NCBI RefSeq assembly: GCF_947039425.1
Contig: NZ_CAMQYW010000001.1
Location: forward strand, 1-57,767
DNA: 57,767 nt
DNA from: an uncultured Cetobacterium sp.
Lineage (GTDB): Bacteria > Fusobacteriota > Fusobacteriia > Fusobacteriales > Fusobacteriaceae
Direction of reading: 5' to 3'
Made by a program: the position numbers and the translations under genes
Notes under the pieces: model-generated
What the model was told of the DNA's origin: nothing
Databases searched by the model: none
What the model saw: only the letters and a program-made list of their open reading frames with translations
Part shown: positions 20,201-28,930 of the stretch, piece by piece
Layout: each line of letters opens with the position of its first letter
How positions within the stretch are numbered: position 1 is the first letter of the stretch

Positions 20201-21202
20201 ATGAATTTAGCAAAATTCCCAAGAAAGAGATATACAGAAGGTCAAACACCTATTGAAAAATTAGAAAATTTTTCAAAAGCTTTAGGAGGACCAACTATTT
20301 ATATAAAGAGAGATGACCTTTTAGGATTAACTTCTGGAGGAAATAAAACTAGAAAGTTAGAGTTCTTAATGGCAGATGCAATAGCAAAAGGTGCAGATAC
20401 AATTTTAACATGTGGAGCAGTTCAATCTAATCACTGTAGATTAACTCTTGCAGCAGCAGTTAAAGAGGGATTAAAGTGTCAAATGATATTAGAAGAGAGA
20501 GTAGCAGGAAGCTATAAGCCAGAAGGAAGTGGAAATAACTTTTTATTCAACTTATTAGGTGTAGAGGAAACTTTTGTTGTACCTGGTGGAACAAATATGA
20601 TGGAAGAGTTAGAAAAATTAGCTGCTAAATTAGAAGCAGAAGGAAGAAAAACTTATATCGTACCTGGGGGAGGATCTAATCCTATTGGATCAACAGGATA
20701 TGTAGCTTGTGCTGAAGAGATTATGTCTCAGTTATTTGAAAAGGGAATCAATATTGATCATATGGTAATACCATCAGGATCAGCTGGAACTCATGCTGGA
20801 ATTATAGCTGGAATGGTTGGAGTTAATGGAAATATACCTGTAACAGGAGTAAGTGTAAATAGAAATAAGGAACTTCAAACAAATGCAGTTTGGAATCTTG
20901 CTAAAGCAACAGCGGAAAGAGTAGGAATAGCTACTGAAATAACAAAGGATATGGTTCAAGTAACAGATGAGTATGTAGGTCCAGGATACTCTTTACCTTC
21001 AGATGCAATGGTAGAAGCTGTTCAATTACTTGCTAGAACAGAGGGGATTTTATTAGACCCAGTTTACACAGGAAAAGTAATGGCAGGATTAATTGGAATG
21101 GTTAGAGAAGGAAAGTTTAAGAAAGAGGATAACGTTCTTTTCTTACATACAGGTGGATCACCAGCTTTATATGCATACGAAGCAACAGTTTTAAAAAAAT
21201 AA
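20201..21202 (+). CDS. dcyD: D-cysteine desulfhydrase / cysteate sulfo-lyase family PLP enzyme
   Basis: KRDDL...GGNKTRKLEFL, QSNHCR, GSAGTHAG, LLDPVYTGK, HTGGSPALY; ATG 20201 fits the GAGGAG RBS (ORF track starts at 20192). Confidence 0.88.
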   Translation: MNLAKFPRKRYTEGQTPIEKLENFSKALGGPTIYIKRDDLLGLTSGGNKTRKLEFLMADAIAKGADTILTCGAVQSNHCRLTLAAAVKEGLKCQMILEERVAGSYKPEGSGNNFLFNLLGVEETFVVPGGTNMMEELEKLAAKLEAEGRKTYIVPGGGSNPIGSTGYVACAEEIMSQLFEKGINIDHMVIPSGSAGTHAGIIAGMVGVNGNIPVTGVSVNRNKELQTNAVWNLAKATAERVGIATEITKDMVQVTDEYVGPGYSLPSDAMVEAVQLLARTEGILLDPVYTGKVMAGLIGMVREGKFKKEDNVLFLHTGGSPALYAYEATVLKK

Positions 21203-21247
21203 TAAATTCCCCTTCTCTGTAAAAAGAGAAGGGAGGATTTTCTTTTT

Positions 21248-21285
21248 AAAAAAGCTGTTATTATTTAGTTAATAACAGCTTTTTT
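21248..21285 (+). terminator. Strong terminator after dcyD, preceded by a second hairpin at 21210-21233
   Basis: AAAAAAGCTGTTATTA-TTTAGT-TAATAACAGCTTTTTT. Confidence 0.8.
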
Positions 21286-21334
21286 AATTGGAAAATTCAA
21301 ATATAAACTATAAACAAAAAAACTAGGAGGAAAT

Positions 21335-22060
21335 ATGGAAGAAATATTATCAAGCGGAAATTTATTATTTGGATTAGGAATTTTTATTGCAAATATTATT
21401 CAGGGATTAACTGGATTTGCAGGATCATTACTGGCAATGCCACCATCAATACATTTACAAGGATTAGATACTGCAAAGGTTGCAGTAAATACTTATGGAC
21501 TTATTAGTTCATTAATTATATTTTCAAAAAATTATAAACAAATAGATTGGAAAGAAGCAAAAAAATTATTAGCCTTAATGGGGATAGGATTAGTAAGTGG
21601 AATTTACCTTTCAGGAGTAGTGGAATCAGCTATCTTATTGAAAGTTTATGCTGCATTTATAATTTTAATAGCTTTTAAAGAGATGTTTTATAAAGGAGCT
21701 CTAGATTTTGGAGATAAAGCTTTAATTGGAGTAGTAATATTAGCGGGAATATTTCAAGGGTTATTTGTTTCAGGAGGACCTTTATTAATAATTTATGTTG
21801 CTAAGAAATTAAAAGAGAAAAATCAAATTAGAGGAACTTTATGTTTTGTATGGATATTCTTGAATGGTTATATGATGGTAAATCAGTTTTTAACAGGACA
21901 GTTTACAGCTCATAACACAATTGTGACATTAATAGGATTACCAGGAGTATTTTTAGGAGTTGCAATTGGTGGATATTTAGCTAAAATATTATCAAAAGAA
22001 AAATTCTTAAAAGTAGTATATGTTTTATTATCAATATCAGGATTTTCATTATTCTTATAA
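21335..22060 (+). CDS. TauE/SafE-family sulfite exporter
   Basis: About 8 TMs; repeated QGLTGFAG and QGLFVSGGP motifs. Confidence 0.85.
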   Translation: MEEILSSGNLLFGLGIFIANIIQGLTGFAGSLLAMPPSIHLQGLDTAKVAVNTYGLISSLIIFSKNYKQIDWKEAKKLLALMGIGLVSGIYLSGVVESAILLKVYAAFIILIAFKEMFYKGALDFGDKALIGVVILAGIFQGLFVSGGPLLIIYVAKKLKEKNQIRGTLCFVWIFLNGYMMVNQFLTGQFTAHNTIVTLIGLPGVFLGVAIGGYLAKILSKEKFLKVVYVLLSISGFSLFL

Positions 22061-22095
22061 TTGTTGTATAATAAAATTTTGGGGAGGCATATAGA

Positions 22096-23274
22096 GTGAA
22101 AATAAATTTGAGCGATAAAAAGAAGGGAATTGTAGCAATAGCAGGTCATGTTGGATGTGGGCATTGTCATAGTTTGAATAACCAAGTTCAAGATGATTCT
22201 CCTGGTCTTTCAGTTGTTTTAAGCTTATTTAAAGAAGCAACAGGAATATCATTAAAAGTTAAAGAGTTTATATTTGAAGATAATAAAGTAGTAGCTATTT
22301 TAGAAAATGGTGGAACTGGATATGGAATAGCTAGACGTGGCATAACAAAGCATGAAAAAAATATGATAAATAGAATTGTAGGAAAAGAAGTAATAAATAC
22401 ACATACAATAGTTCTTGAAGAGTTTGGAAGGATATATGGACAAGGAGTAACAGAAACTCCAGTAGCAGTTCAAACAGCTCTAGCTAATGCAGCACTAAAT
22501 AGTTTTTTAGTTAATTATCCAGAAAAATTCATTGGAACAGTAGAAACTGTACCAGGAAATTATGGAAATATAGTTGGAACAGTTTTAGATATTGATGGAA
22601 TTCCAACAAGTGTGTTAGGAACTGTAAATGCAACTGTAGGAGGATTAGGTCCCAATGAAGATTTAGAAGGAAATTCACCGAATTATTCTAAAAAAGAGAT
22701 TATAGAAAAGTTAGGAATGGATAAATTGCCTACAATTGTTGTAGAGGCTATGATATCTTCAGGTTTTTCTAAAGGATTAGCAGAAAATACATACTTTGTA
22801 AGAGGAGATGAAGAGGATGATAATCCTTATGTAGTTGAAGCGATTAAAAATGCTTGTTCAACATTAACTCTTCCAATAAGACATCATTTAACAGGAATGA
22901 AAAGAACAAAAGATGCTTTAAGAACAAATACAAAAAATGTTGGAGAAAAGATTAAATCTTTAGGAGAAGCTTTAAGTAAAGCTGAAACATCTGAAGAGAA
23001 AGTAAATATAATCGGTGAAATAGCTCTTGTTGTAAGTCAAGATTGTGGTGGAATAAGTTTTATGAGTAATGAATTACATGAAGAGATTGGTGGAGCTGGA
23101 ATGATTAAGAAAACTTCAGCAGTAATTAATTTAGTTGTTACTGAAGAATATGCAAAAGAAAATCCAATTCCATTTTTAACAGAAAAAGAGCTACAAGAGT
23201 ATGTAGCAATAACAAAAGAAACAGTTAAAGAGATAGCTAAAAAAGTTGAAGCAGCAACAAATCATATAATCTAA
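22096..23274 (+). CDS. Uncharacterised soluble protein with a His/Cys-rich N-terminal motif
   Basis: GTG start behind GGGGAGG; GHVGCGHCHS..QDDS, GPNEDLEGN, QDCGG. Confidence 0.8.
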   Translation: MKINLSDKKKGIVAIAGHVGCGHCHSLNNQVQDDSPGLSVVLSLFKEATGISLKVKEFIFEDNKVVAILENGGTGYGIARRGITKHEKNMINRIVGKEVINTHTIVLEEFGRIYGQGVTETPVAVQTALANAALNSFLVNYPEKFIGTVETVPGNYGNIVGTVLDIDGIPTSVLGTVNATVGGLGPNEDLEGNSPNYSKKEIIEKLGMDKLPTIVVEAMISSGFSKGLAENTYFVRGDEEDDNPYVVEAIKNACSTLTLPIRHHLTGMKRTKDALRTNTKNVGEKIKSLGEALSKAETSEEKVNIIGEIALVVSQDCGGISFMSNELHEEIGGAGMIKKTSAVINLVVTEEYAKENPIPFLTEKELQEYVAITKETVKEIAKKVEAATNHII

Positions 23275-23278
23275 GATG

Positions 23279-23307
23279 AAAGGAGCAGGATATTCTGCTC
23301 CTTTTTT
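23279..23307. terminator. Bidirectional terminator
   Basis: AAAGGAGCAGGA-TA-TTCTGCTCCTTTTT. Confidence 0.8.
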
Positions 23308-24055
23308 ATTTGAAATTATTAATTTTATCTGTTATTTGTTTTGATGCTTTTTTCATAGAGATAATTAATTTTGAAACATAGTCATCTTTAAAACTAGAAC
23401 TAAACATGGGACAACTAAGAGCAGCAATAATTCGATTATTACTACTGAATATAGGAATTGCTACTGCGCAAATGGCTTCACAATGTTCTTTATTATCAAA
23501 AGCTATTTTTTTTATATTAATTTTAAAGAGTTCTTTTTTTAATTCTTCTCTAGATTCAATTGTATATTGAGTATATTTTGGTAAAATATTCGGGAGAAGA
23601 GAATTAAGTTTTTTTTCACTAAATTGACATATAAGCAGTTTACTAGCAGCACCTGCATGAAGAGGAAAGATAGCATTTTCAGGTACAGAAATTTTTTGTA
23701 TATCATTACTTTCTATTTTATTGATAACTCTAATTTTATTATCTTCAAAAACACTTATTTTAAAAGTTTCTTTAAAATTTAATGAAAGATCTTCTAAAAA
23801 AGGTAAGGATATATTTTTTAATAAAGTAGTATCGTGAAATTTACTAGAAAAATATTTGAATTTTTCTCCAAGGGAATATTCTTTACCATTAAAACTTAGA
23901 TAGTTTAACATTATAAGAGAGTGTAAAAGTCTATTAGTTGTAGCTTTAGAAATATTTAAATTTTTAGAAATTTCAGATTGAGTAGCATTTTCACAAAGAA
24001 ATAAGTGATTAAAAATTTTATCAATTTTTTCCACAGATGGAACTAAATTGTTCAT
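23306..24055 (-). CDS. IclR-family transcriptional regulator (KdgR-like)
   Basis: VPSVEK, HTH ISKATTNRLL, PLHAGAASK, AVAIPIF. Confidence 0.9.
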   Translation of the reverse strand: MNNLVPSVEKIDKIFNHLFLCENATQSEISKNLNISKATTNRLLHSLIMLNYLSFNGKEYSLGEKFKYFSSKFHDTTLLKNISLPFLEDLSLNFKETFKISVFEDNKIRVINKIESNDIQKISVPENAIFPLHAGAASKLLICQFSEKKLNSLLPNILPKYTQYTIESREELKKELFKINIKKIAFDNKEHCEAICAVAIPIFSSNNRIIAALSCPMFSSSFKDDYVSKLIISMKKASKQITDKINNFK

Positions 24056-24120
24056 GTAAACCTCCCATAAGTTACTATTTTATCTATATAATAACTTATG
24101 GATATTAAGTTGTAAACAAA

Positions 24121-25131
24121 TTATCTAGAAACACTAGAAATATTGTTATTAATTAAATTATAAATTTCTTCTTTTTTAGCAAGGTTAGCATCTCCTTTTA
24201 TAGTATGTTTATAAACAGATGCGCCAGTGGCAAAATCAATAACTTCCTGTGCGGGTAAAGACATGAAGATACCATAGAGAGCACCAGCAGCAAAGGCATC
24301 ACCACCACCAACTCTATCAACAATTTGAAAGTTATAAGATTGAGATGTGAACAATTTATTATTAGTATATAAAAATCCAGTTAAACTATTTTCGTGAACT
24401 GAGTGAACAATTCTTTCTGTTGATAAAAAATATTTTATGTTGGGATATTTTTTAGATATTATACTATAATAGCTTCTTAGATTATCTTTAAAGTTTAAAG
24501 AAGATTCTTCAAGAGATATTTTTAAAATGTACTTAGCATCAAGAATTCCTGCAAAGCAAATATCAATATAAGGTAGGTAGGTAGTTAAAACTTTAGAAGC
24601 TTCCTCAATTGTCCAAAGTTTGCTTCTATAATTAAAATCAAAACTAATTAGAATCTTTCTTTTTTTAGCTTCTGTTATAATAAATAACATAAGAGCTCTA
24701 CAAGAGCTAGACAGAGCTGGTGTGATGCCAGACAAATGAAGAATTTTACAATTATCTAAAATACTATTAATATTTAATTCAGAAAAATTTAACGTAGAAA
24801 AAGAAGAGTATTTTCTGTCGTAAATAACAGAGGAACTTCTAACACTAGTTCCAACCTCAAGATAGTAAGTTCCAAGACGCTCTCCTCCTAAAATACAGTT
24901 AGTAGTACAAACATCATTACTTTTTAAATATTTAAGAAGAGATTCAGATAAGGGATTATTAGGGATTTTAGTAACAAATTCACTATTTATTCCAAAATTA
25001 GCTAAAGAAATAGCCACATTAGCTTCACTACCTCCATAATCTCCTTGAAAAGATGACGATTGAGAAAAACGCTTATTATTTTCAGTGGATAATCTCAACA
25101 TAATTTCACCTAAAGTGACAATTTTAAACAT
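24121..25131 (-). CDS. kdgK: 2-keto-3-deoxygluconate kinase (PfkB family)
   Basis: GEIMLRLS, GGSEANVA, LSGITPAL, DFNYR.KLW, DRVGGGDAFAAG. Confidence 0.9.
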   Translation of the reverse strand: MFKIVTLGEIMLRLSTENNKRFSQSSSFQGDYGGSEANVAISLANFGINSEFVTKIPNNPLSESLLKYLKSNDVCTTNCILGGERLGTYYLEVGTSVRSSSVIYDRKYSSFSTLNFSELNINSILDNCKILHLSGITPALSSSCRALMLFIITEAKKRKILISFDFNYRSKLWTIEEASKVLTTYLPYIDICFAGILDAKYILKISLEESSLNFKDNLRSYYSIISKKYPNIKYFLSTERIVHSVHENSLTGFLYTNNKLFTSQSYNFQIVDRVGGGDAFAAGALYGIFMSLPAQEVIDFATGASVYKHTIKGDANLAKKEEIYNLINNNISSVSR

Positions 25132-25771
25132 TATTTATCACCTCTTTAATCTCTTTAATTTTTTTTATAAATTCAATAGCAGTATTTGTAATATCTTCAC
25201 TTTTACCACTTGCTAACTTTCCACCAACTCCAACAGCAATTACACCATTTTTAAACCATTCCTGCACATTATCTAAAGAAACCCCACCTGTAGGCATTAT
25301 ATTTATTTGAGGAAGAGGTGCTTTAACCCCTTTTATAAAATCAGGACCGAAATTGCTTCCAGGGAAAAGTTTAATAATGTCACATCCTAATTCTAAAGAA
25401 GTGATCATTTCAGTAATTGTCATACATCCAGGCATATATGGAATTTGATATCTATTACAAAGTTTAGCAGTGTTTTCATCAAAAGCTGGAGAAACAATGT
25501 ATTTAGCACCAGAAAGTATTGCTATTCTTGCAGTTTCGCTATCAAGAACTGTACCAGCTCCAATAAGTAGATTTTTATGAGAAAACTCTTTGTTTAATTC
25601 ATTTATAATAAAAGAGGCATTAGGTGTTGTATAAGTGATTTCAATAGCTGTTATACCCCCCTGAATACAAGCCATAGAGATACGCTTAGCCTCATCTAAA
25701 CTATTAGCTCTAATAACAGCTACAATACCAGTTTCAATTAATTTATTGATAATATTATATTTATTTAACAT
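25124..25771 (-). CDS. eda: KDPG/KHG aldolase
   Basis: VAVIR, GAGTVLD, PGCMT..E, IKLFPG, MPTGGV; ATG 25771 behind AGGGGG. Confidence 0.93.
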   Translation of the reverse strand: MLNKYNIINKLIETGIVAVIRANSLDEAKRISMACIQGGITAIEITYTTPNASFIINELNKEFSHKNLLIGAGTVLDSETARIAILSGAKYIVSPAFDENTAKLCNRYQIPYMPGCMTITEMITSLELGCDIIKLFPGSNFGPDFIKGVKAPLPQINIMPTGGVSLDNVQEWFKNGVIAVGVGGKLASGKSEDITNTAIEFIKKIKEIKEVINNV

Positions 25772-25847
25772 TAAAAATTCCCCCTTTGTTTTTATATTAA
25801 TTTTAAAAAAAAAAGAAATAAAAAACAATGGTAATTTTTTTATAAAG

Positions 25848-25861
25848 TTTCATATATGAAA
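25848..25861. promoter_or_regulatory. Palindromic operator candidate upstream of eda-kdgK
   Basis: Perfect palindrome TTTCATATATGAAA; IclR gene in the same cluster. Confidence 0.55.
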
Positions 25862-25926
25862 TTAAACTAGCACATTTTTGTAAAATAGAGTATGATATAA
25901 AATAATACTTTTTCAAGGAGGAAAAA

Positions 25927-26565
25927 ATGAGACAGTATGAAGATATACTTGAAGATAATTTAGAATGGGTTGGAAAAAAATTATCTTTGGATAAAGATTA
26001 TTTTAAAAGACTTTCAGAGGGACAAAAGCCACCATTTTTATACATAGGATGTTCAGACAGTAGAATGCCTATAGATACTTTTACTCAAAGTGAGCCTGGG
26101 AGTTTTTTTATACATAGAAATATAGCCAATCAAATTTTTTCTAATGATATGAACTGTTTAGCTACATTAGAATATGCTGTTGATGTTTTAGAAGTAGAAC
26201 ACATTATAGTTTCAGGACATTATAATTGTGGGGGAATTAAAGCGGCACATGATAAATGTAGAAAATCTAACATTTTATCAAGTTGGTTAATGCCGATAAA
26301 AAAAATAGAGGTAGAACACAAAGAGGAATTAAATGAGATAGAGGATGAAGATGAAAGATTAGATAGATTAACAGAGTTAAATGTATTAGAACAATTAAAA
26401 CATCTTTTTGAATTAGCAATTGTGAGAAATAAAATAGAAAGTGGGAAATATCCAAAAATTCATGGATGGATTTTAGATATAAGACATGGAGAGATTATAG
26501 AGATAGAAGTTCCAATAGAAGAGTGGAAAAGTAAGGGGATAATTCCTACAGAATATAACAAATAA
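25927..26565 (+). CDS. can: Beta-class carbonic anhydrase
   Basis: IGCSDSR, HRNIAN, GHYNCGG. Confidence 0.94.
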   Translation: MRQYEDILEDNLEWVGKKLSLDKDYFKRLSEGQKPPFLYIGCSDSRMPIDTFTQSEPGSFFIHRNIANQIFSNDMNCLATLEYAVDVLEVEHIIVSGHYNCGGIKAAHDKCRKSNILSSWLMPIKKIEVEHKEELNEIEDEDERLDRLTELNVLEQLKHLFELAIVRNKIESGKYPKIHGWILDIRHGEIIEIEVPIEEWKSKGIIPTEYNK

Positions 26566-26601
26566 AAAAAGAGATGGCCGCAGGATGGTCATCCCTTTTT
26601 T
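26566..26601. terminator. Terminator between can and dps
   Basis: AAAAGAGATGGCC-loop-GGTCATCCCTTTTTTT. Confidence 0.7.
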
Positions 26602-26620
26602 TATTTTAACTCATGGCGAA

Positions 26621-27067
26621 TTAAGCTAACCAAGCTCCAAACATCCAAATATGTTTTTGATATAGAGCTGCAGCATCAGTTAAAAGTGCTAATGTTTCTT
26701 GATCGTCAACATCTTCAGCAATTTTAATGATAATATTAATTTCAGATAAAAGAAGTTTAAAGTCTTCATGCATACATGTAACTACTTCTTTACCATTATA
26801 AGCTTTACTTTCAATTTCATTAATAACTGTATGTTTTAAATATACTTCTAAAGAAGCGAAAGGTCTTTCATTTTTCATAAGAAGTCTTTCAGCAACAGCA
26901 TCAATTTGAGTATCAACTTCTCCCATAATTCCATCAAGCATTGGGTGAATAACAAAGAATTGCTCTCCTACTAAATTCCAGTGGAAATTATGTAATTTAG
27001 TTTTAAAAACATGTAAATCTCCAACGAATTTATTCATTTGAAATATTAAATCTTTATTCATATCCAT
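26621..27067 (-). CDS. dps: Dps-family DNA protection protein
   Basis: KLHNFHWNLVG..FF..H, D.VAER, KHIWM. Confidence 0.93.
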   Translation of the reverse strand: MDMNKDLIFQMNKFVGDLHVFKTKLHNFHWNLVGEQFFVIHPMLDGIMGEVDTQIDAVAERLLMKNERPFASLEVYLKHTVINEIESKAYNGKEVVTCMHEDFKLLLSEINIIIKIAEDVDDQETLALLTDAAALYQKHIWMFGAWLA

Positions 27068-27211
27068 AATAAACCTCCTTATAATGAAACTGTTTTATTA
27101 CTGTTTCTAAGTAACTTTTCTATCTGTTTTCATTTTACTCCTTTTTATGTTAATGTCAAATTCAGAACACACTAACTGTTCTATAACAGTTTTTTGAAAG
27201 TGAAAAAACAG

Positions 27212-27240
27212 TTGACATTTAAGTAATCATAGATTATAAT
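27212..27240 (+). promoter_or_regulatory. Consensus sigma70 promoter
   Basis: TTGACA-17 nt-TATAAT. Confidence 0.85.
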
Positions 27241-27278
27241 CATGCTTATAAAAATAAAAAGATAAGGGAGGTCACATT

Positions 27279-27380
27279 ATGTTATTTAGAGTTAATAGGA
27301 TAAGGGTAAAGAAAAATAAAACTCAATATTCTATTATATTCTTATTGGCTAATGCTGATTTTCCAAATTTAAATTTATAG
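27279..27380 (+). CDS. Putative 33-aa leader peptide MLFRVNRIRVKKNKTQYSIIFLLANADFPNLNL
   Basis: AGGGAGGT RBS; lies between the consensus promoter and a terminator upstream of the ABC operon. Confidence 0.6.
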   Translation: MLFRVNRIRVKKNKTQYSIIFLLANADFPNLNL

Positions 27381-27453
27381 TGAAAACTATAAAAAGTTTC
27401 TTTTTGGATAAGAAGCTTATATATTTATATTAATTTTAGTATATAAAATTAAT

Positions 27454-27488
27454 GAGCCCAAGAGAGTATATCTCTTGGGCTCTTTTTT
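27454..27488 (+). terminator. Leader terminator (attenuator candidate)
   Basis: GAGCCCAAGAGA-GTATA-TCTCTTGGGCTC-TTTTTT about 40 nt before the permease ATG. Confidence 0.8.
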
Positions 27489-27527
27489 ATTCAAAATATA
27501 AATAAATTAAAATAAAAGGAGTGAGTA

Positions 27528-28187
27528 ATGGATTATTTAGAAACGTTAAAAGCAATTTTTATTGATGGACACAGATATCAATATATGATACAAGGATTAG
27601 GATTTTCAGTAGGTGTAACTTTATTTTCAGCAGTGTTTGGAATTGTAGTGGGAGTACTATTAGCTTTATTGAGATTGTCAAAGTTTAAACAAATAGCTAT
27701 TATCTATATAGATTTAATAAGAGGAACACCAGCAGTTGTACAACTTTTAATTTTAGCAAATATAGTTTTTGCAAGTTTTAGAGATATGCCGATTTTTTTA
27801 ATTTCAGGAATAGCTTTTGGAATAAATTCAAGTGCTTATGTAGCTGAGATAATTCGTGCAGGAATAGAGGGGTTAGATAAAGGCCAGATGGAAGCAGCAA
27901 GAGCTCTTGGAATGAATTACAAGATATCTATGAAAGAGGTTATAATGCCACAAGCAATTAGAAAAATTTTACCAGCATTAGTTAGTGAGTTTATAACTTT
28001 ATTAAAAGAAACTTCAATTGTTGGATTTATAGGTGGGGTAGATCTTTTAAGATCTGCAAGTATTATAACTTCTCAAACATATAGAGGAGTAGAACCATTA
28101 TTAATGGTTGGATTAATATATTTAATATTAGTAGGAATATTTACAAAAATAATGAGACATGTGGAAAAGGGGTTGAAAACAGCATGA
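27528..28187 (+). CDS. Polar amino-acid ABC transporter permease
   Basis: [32 protein letters not shown]. Confidence 0.95.
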   Translation: MDYLETLKAIFIDGHRYQYMIQGLGFSVGVTLFSAVFGIVVGVLLALLRLSKFKQIAIIYIDLIRGTPAVVQLLILANIVFASFRDMPIFLISGIAFGINSSAYVAEIIRAGIEGLDKGQMEAARALGMNYKISMKEVIMPQAIRKILPALVSEFITLLKETSIVGFIGGVDLLRSASIITSQTYRGVEPLLMVGLIYLILVGIFTKIMRHVEKGLKTA

Positions 28188-28912
28188 TAAAGGTAAAAGA
28201 TTTATATAAAAATTTTGGAGAATTAGAAGTTTTAAAAGGAATTTCAACAGAGATAAAAAAAGGGGAAGTTGTTGCTGTAATTGGTCCATCAGGGAGTGGG
28301 AAATCAACATTTTTAAGATGTTTAAACAGACTTGAAGAGTCAACATTTGGACATGTTCTAATAAATGGAGAAGATTTAACAAGTCCTGAAACAGATATAA
28401 ATAAAGTGAGAGAAAAAATAGGGATGGTATTTCAGCATTTCAATCTATTTCCCCATAAAACTATTTTAGAAAACTTAACATTAGCTCCGAGAAAAATAAA
28501 AAAAATTTCAGAAGAGATTATTGATGAAAAAGCAATAGATTTATTAAAGAAAGTTGGATTAAAAGATAAAGCTTTAGCATATCCAGAACAACTATCGGGA
28601 GGACAAAAACAAAGAATAGCTATAGCGAGAGCACTCTGTATGGATCCAGATATAATATTATTTGACGAACCAACATCAGCACTTGATCCAGAAATGATAA
28701 GAGAAGTTTTAGATGTAATGAGATCTCTAGCAGATGAGGGAATGACAATGGTAGTTGTAACTCATGAAATGGGATTTGCTAGAAAAGTAGCAGATAGAGT
28801 TTTGTTTATGGATAAAGGAATAATACAAGAGGATACTACACCAGATGAATTGTTTAATGGAAATAAACAAAGTAGAGCAAAAGAATTTATAGAAAAAGTA
28901 CTGAATCACTAA
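28184..28912 (+). CDS. Polar amino-acid ABC transporter ATPase (GlnQ-like)
   Basis: [28 protein letters not shown]; ATGA overlap with the permease. Confidence 0.96.
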   Translation: MIKVKDLYKNFGELEVLKGISTEIKKGEVVAVIGPSGSGKSTFLRCLNRLEESTFGHVLINGEDLTSPETDINKVREKIGMVFQHFNLFPHKTILENLTLAPRKIKKISEEIIDEKAIDLLKKVGLKDKALAYPEQLSGGQKQRIAIARALCMDPDIILFDEPTSALDPEMIREVLDVMRSLADEGMTMVVVTHEMGFARKVADRVLFMDKGIIQEDTTPDELFNGNKQSRAKEFIEKVLNH

Positions 28913-28930
28913 AATAAAGGGAGGAATAAA

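Noticed and set aside
20201-21202. ACC deaminase call
   Set aside because: Has DPVYT/HTGG rather than DPVYE/HLGG
27107-27133. Minus-strand 8-codon uORF MKTDRKVT with AAGGAG upstream of dps
   Set aside because: Its RBS and ATG overlap the likely dps -10, so it is probably not transcribed intact
27174-27191. Possible LexA SOS box
   Set aside because: Spacing is CTGT-N6-ACAG, not the proteobacterial N8
27348-27365. Leader peptide ANADFP resembles TNAEFP in the downstream binding protein
   Set aside because: Too short to establish homology
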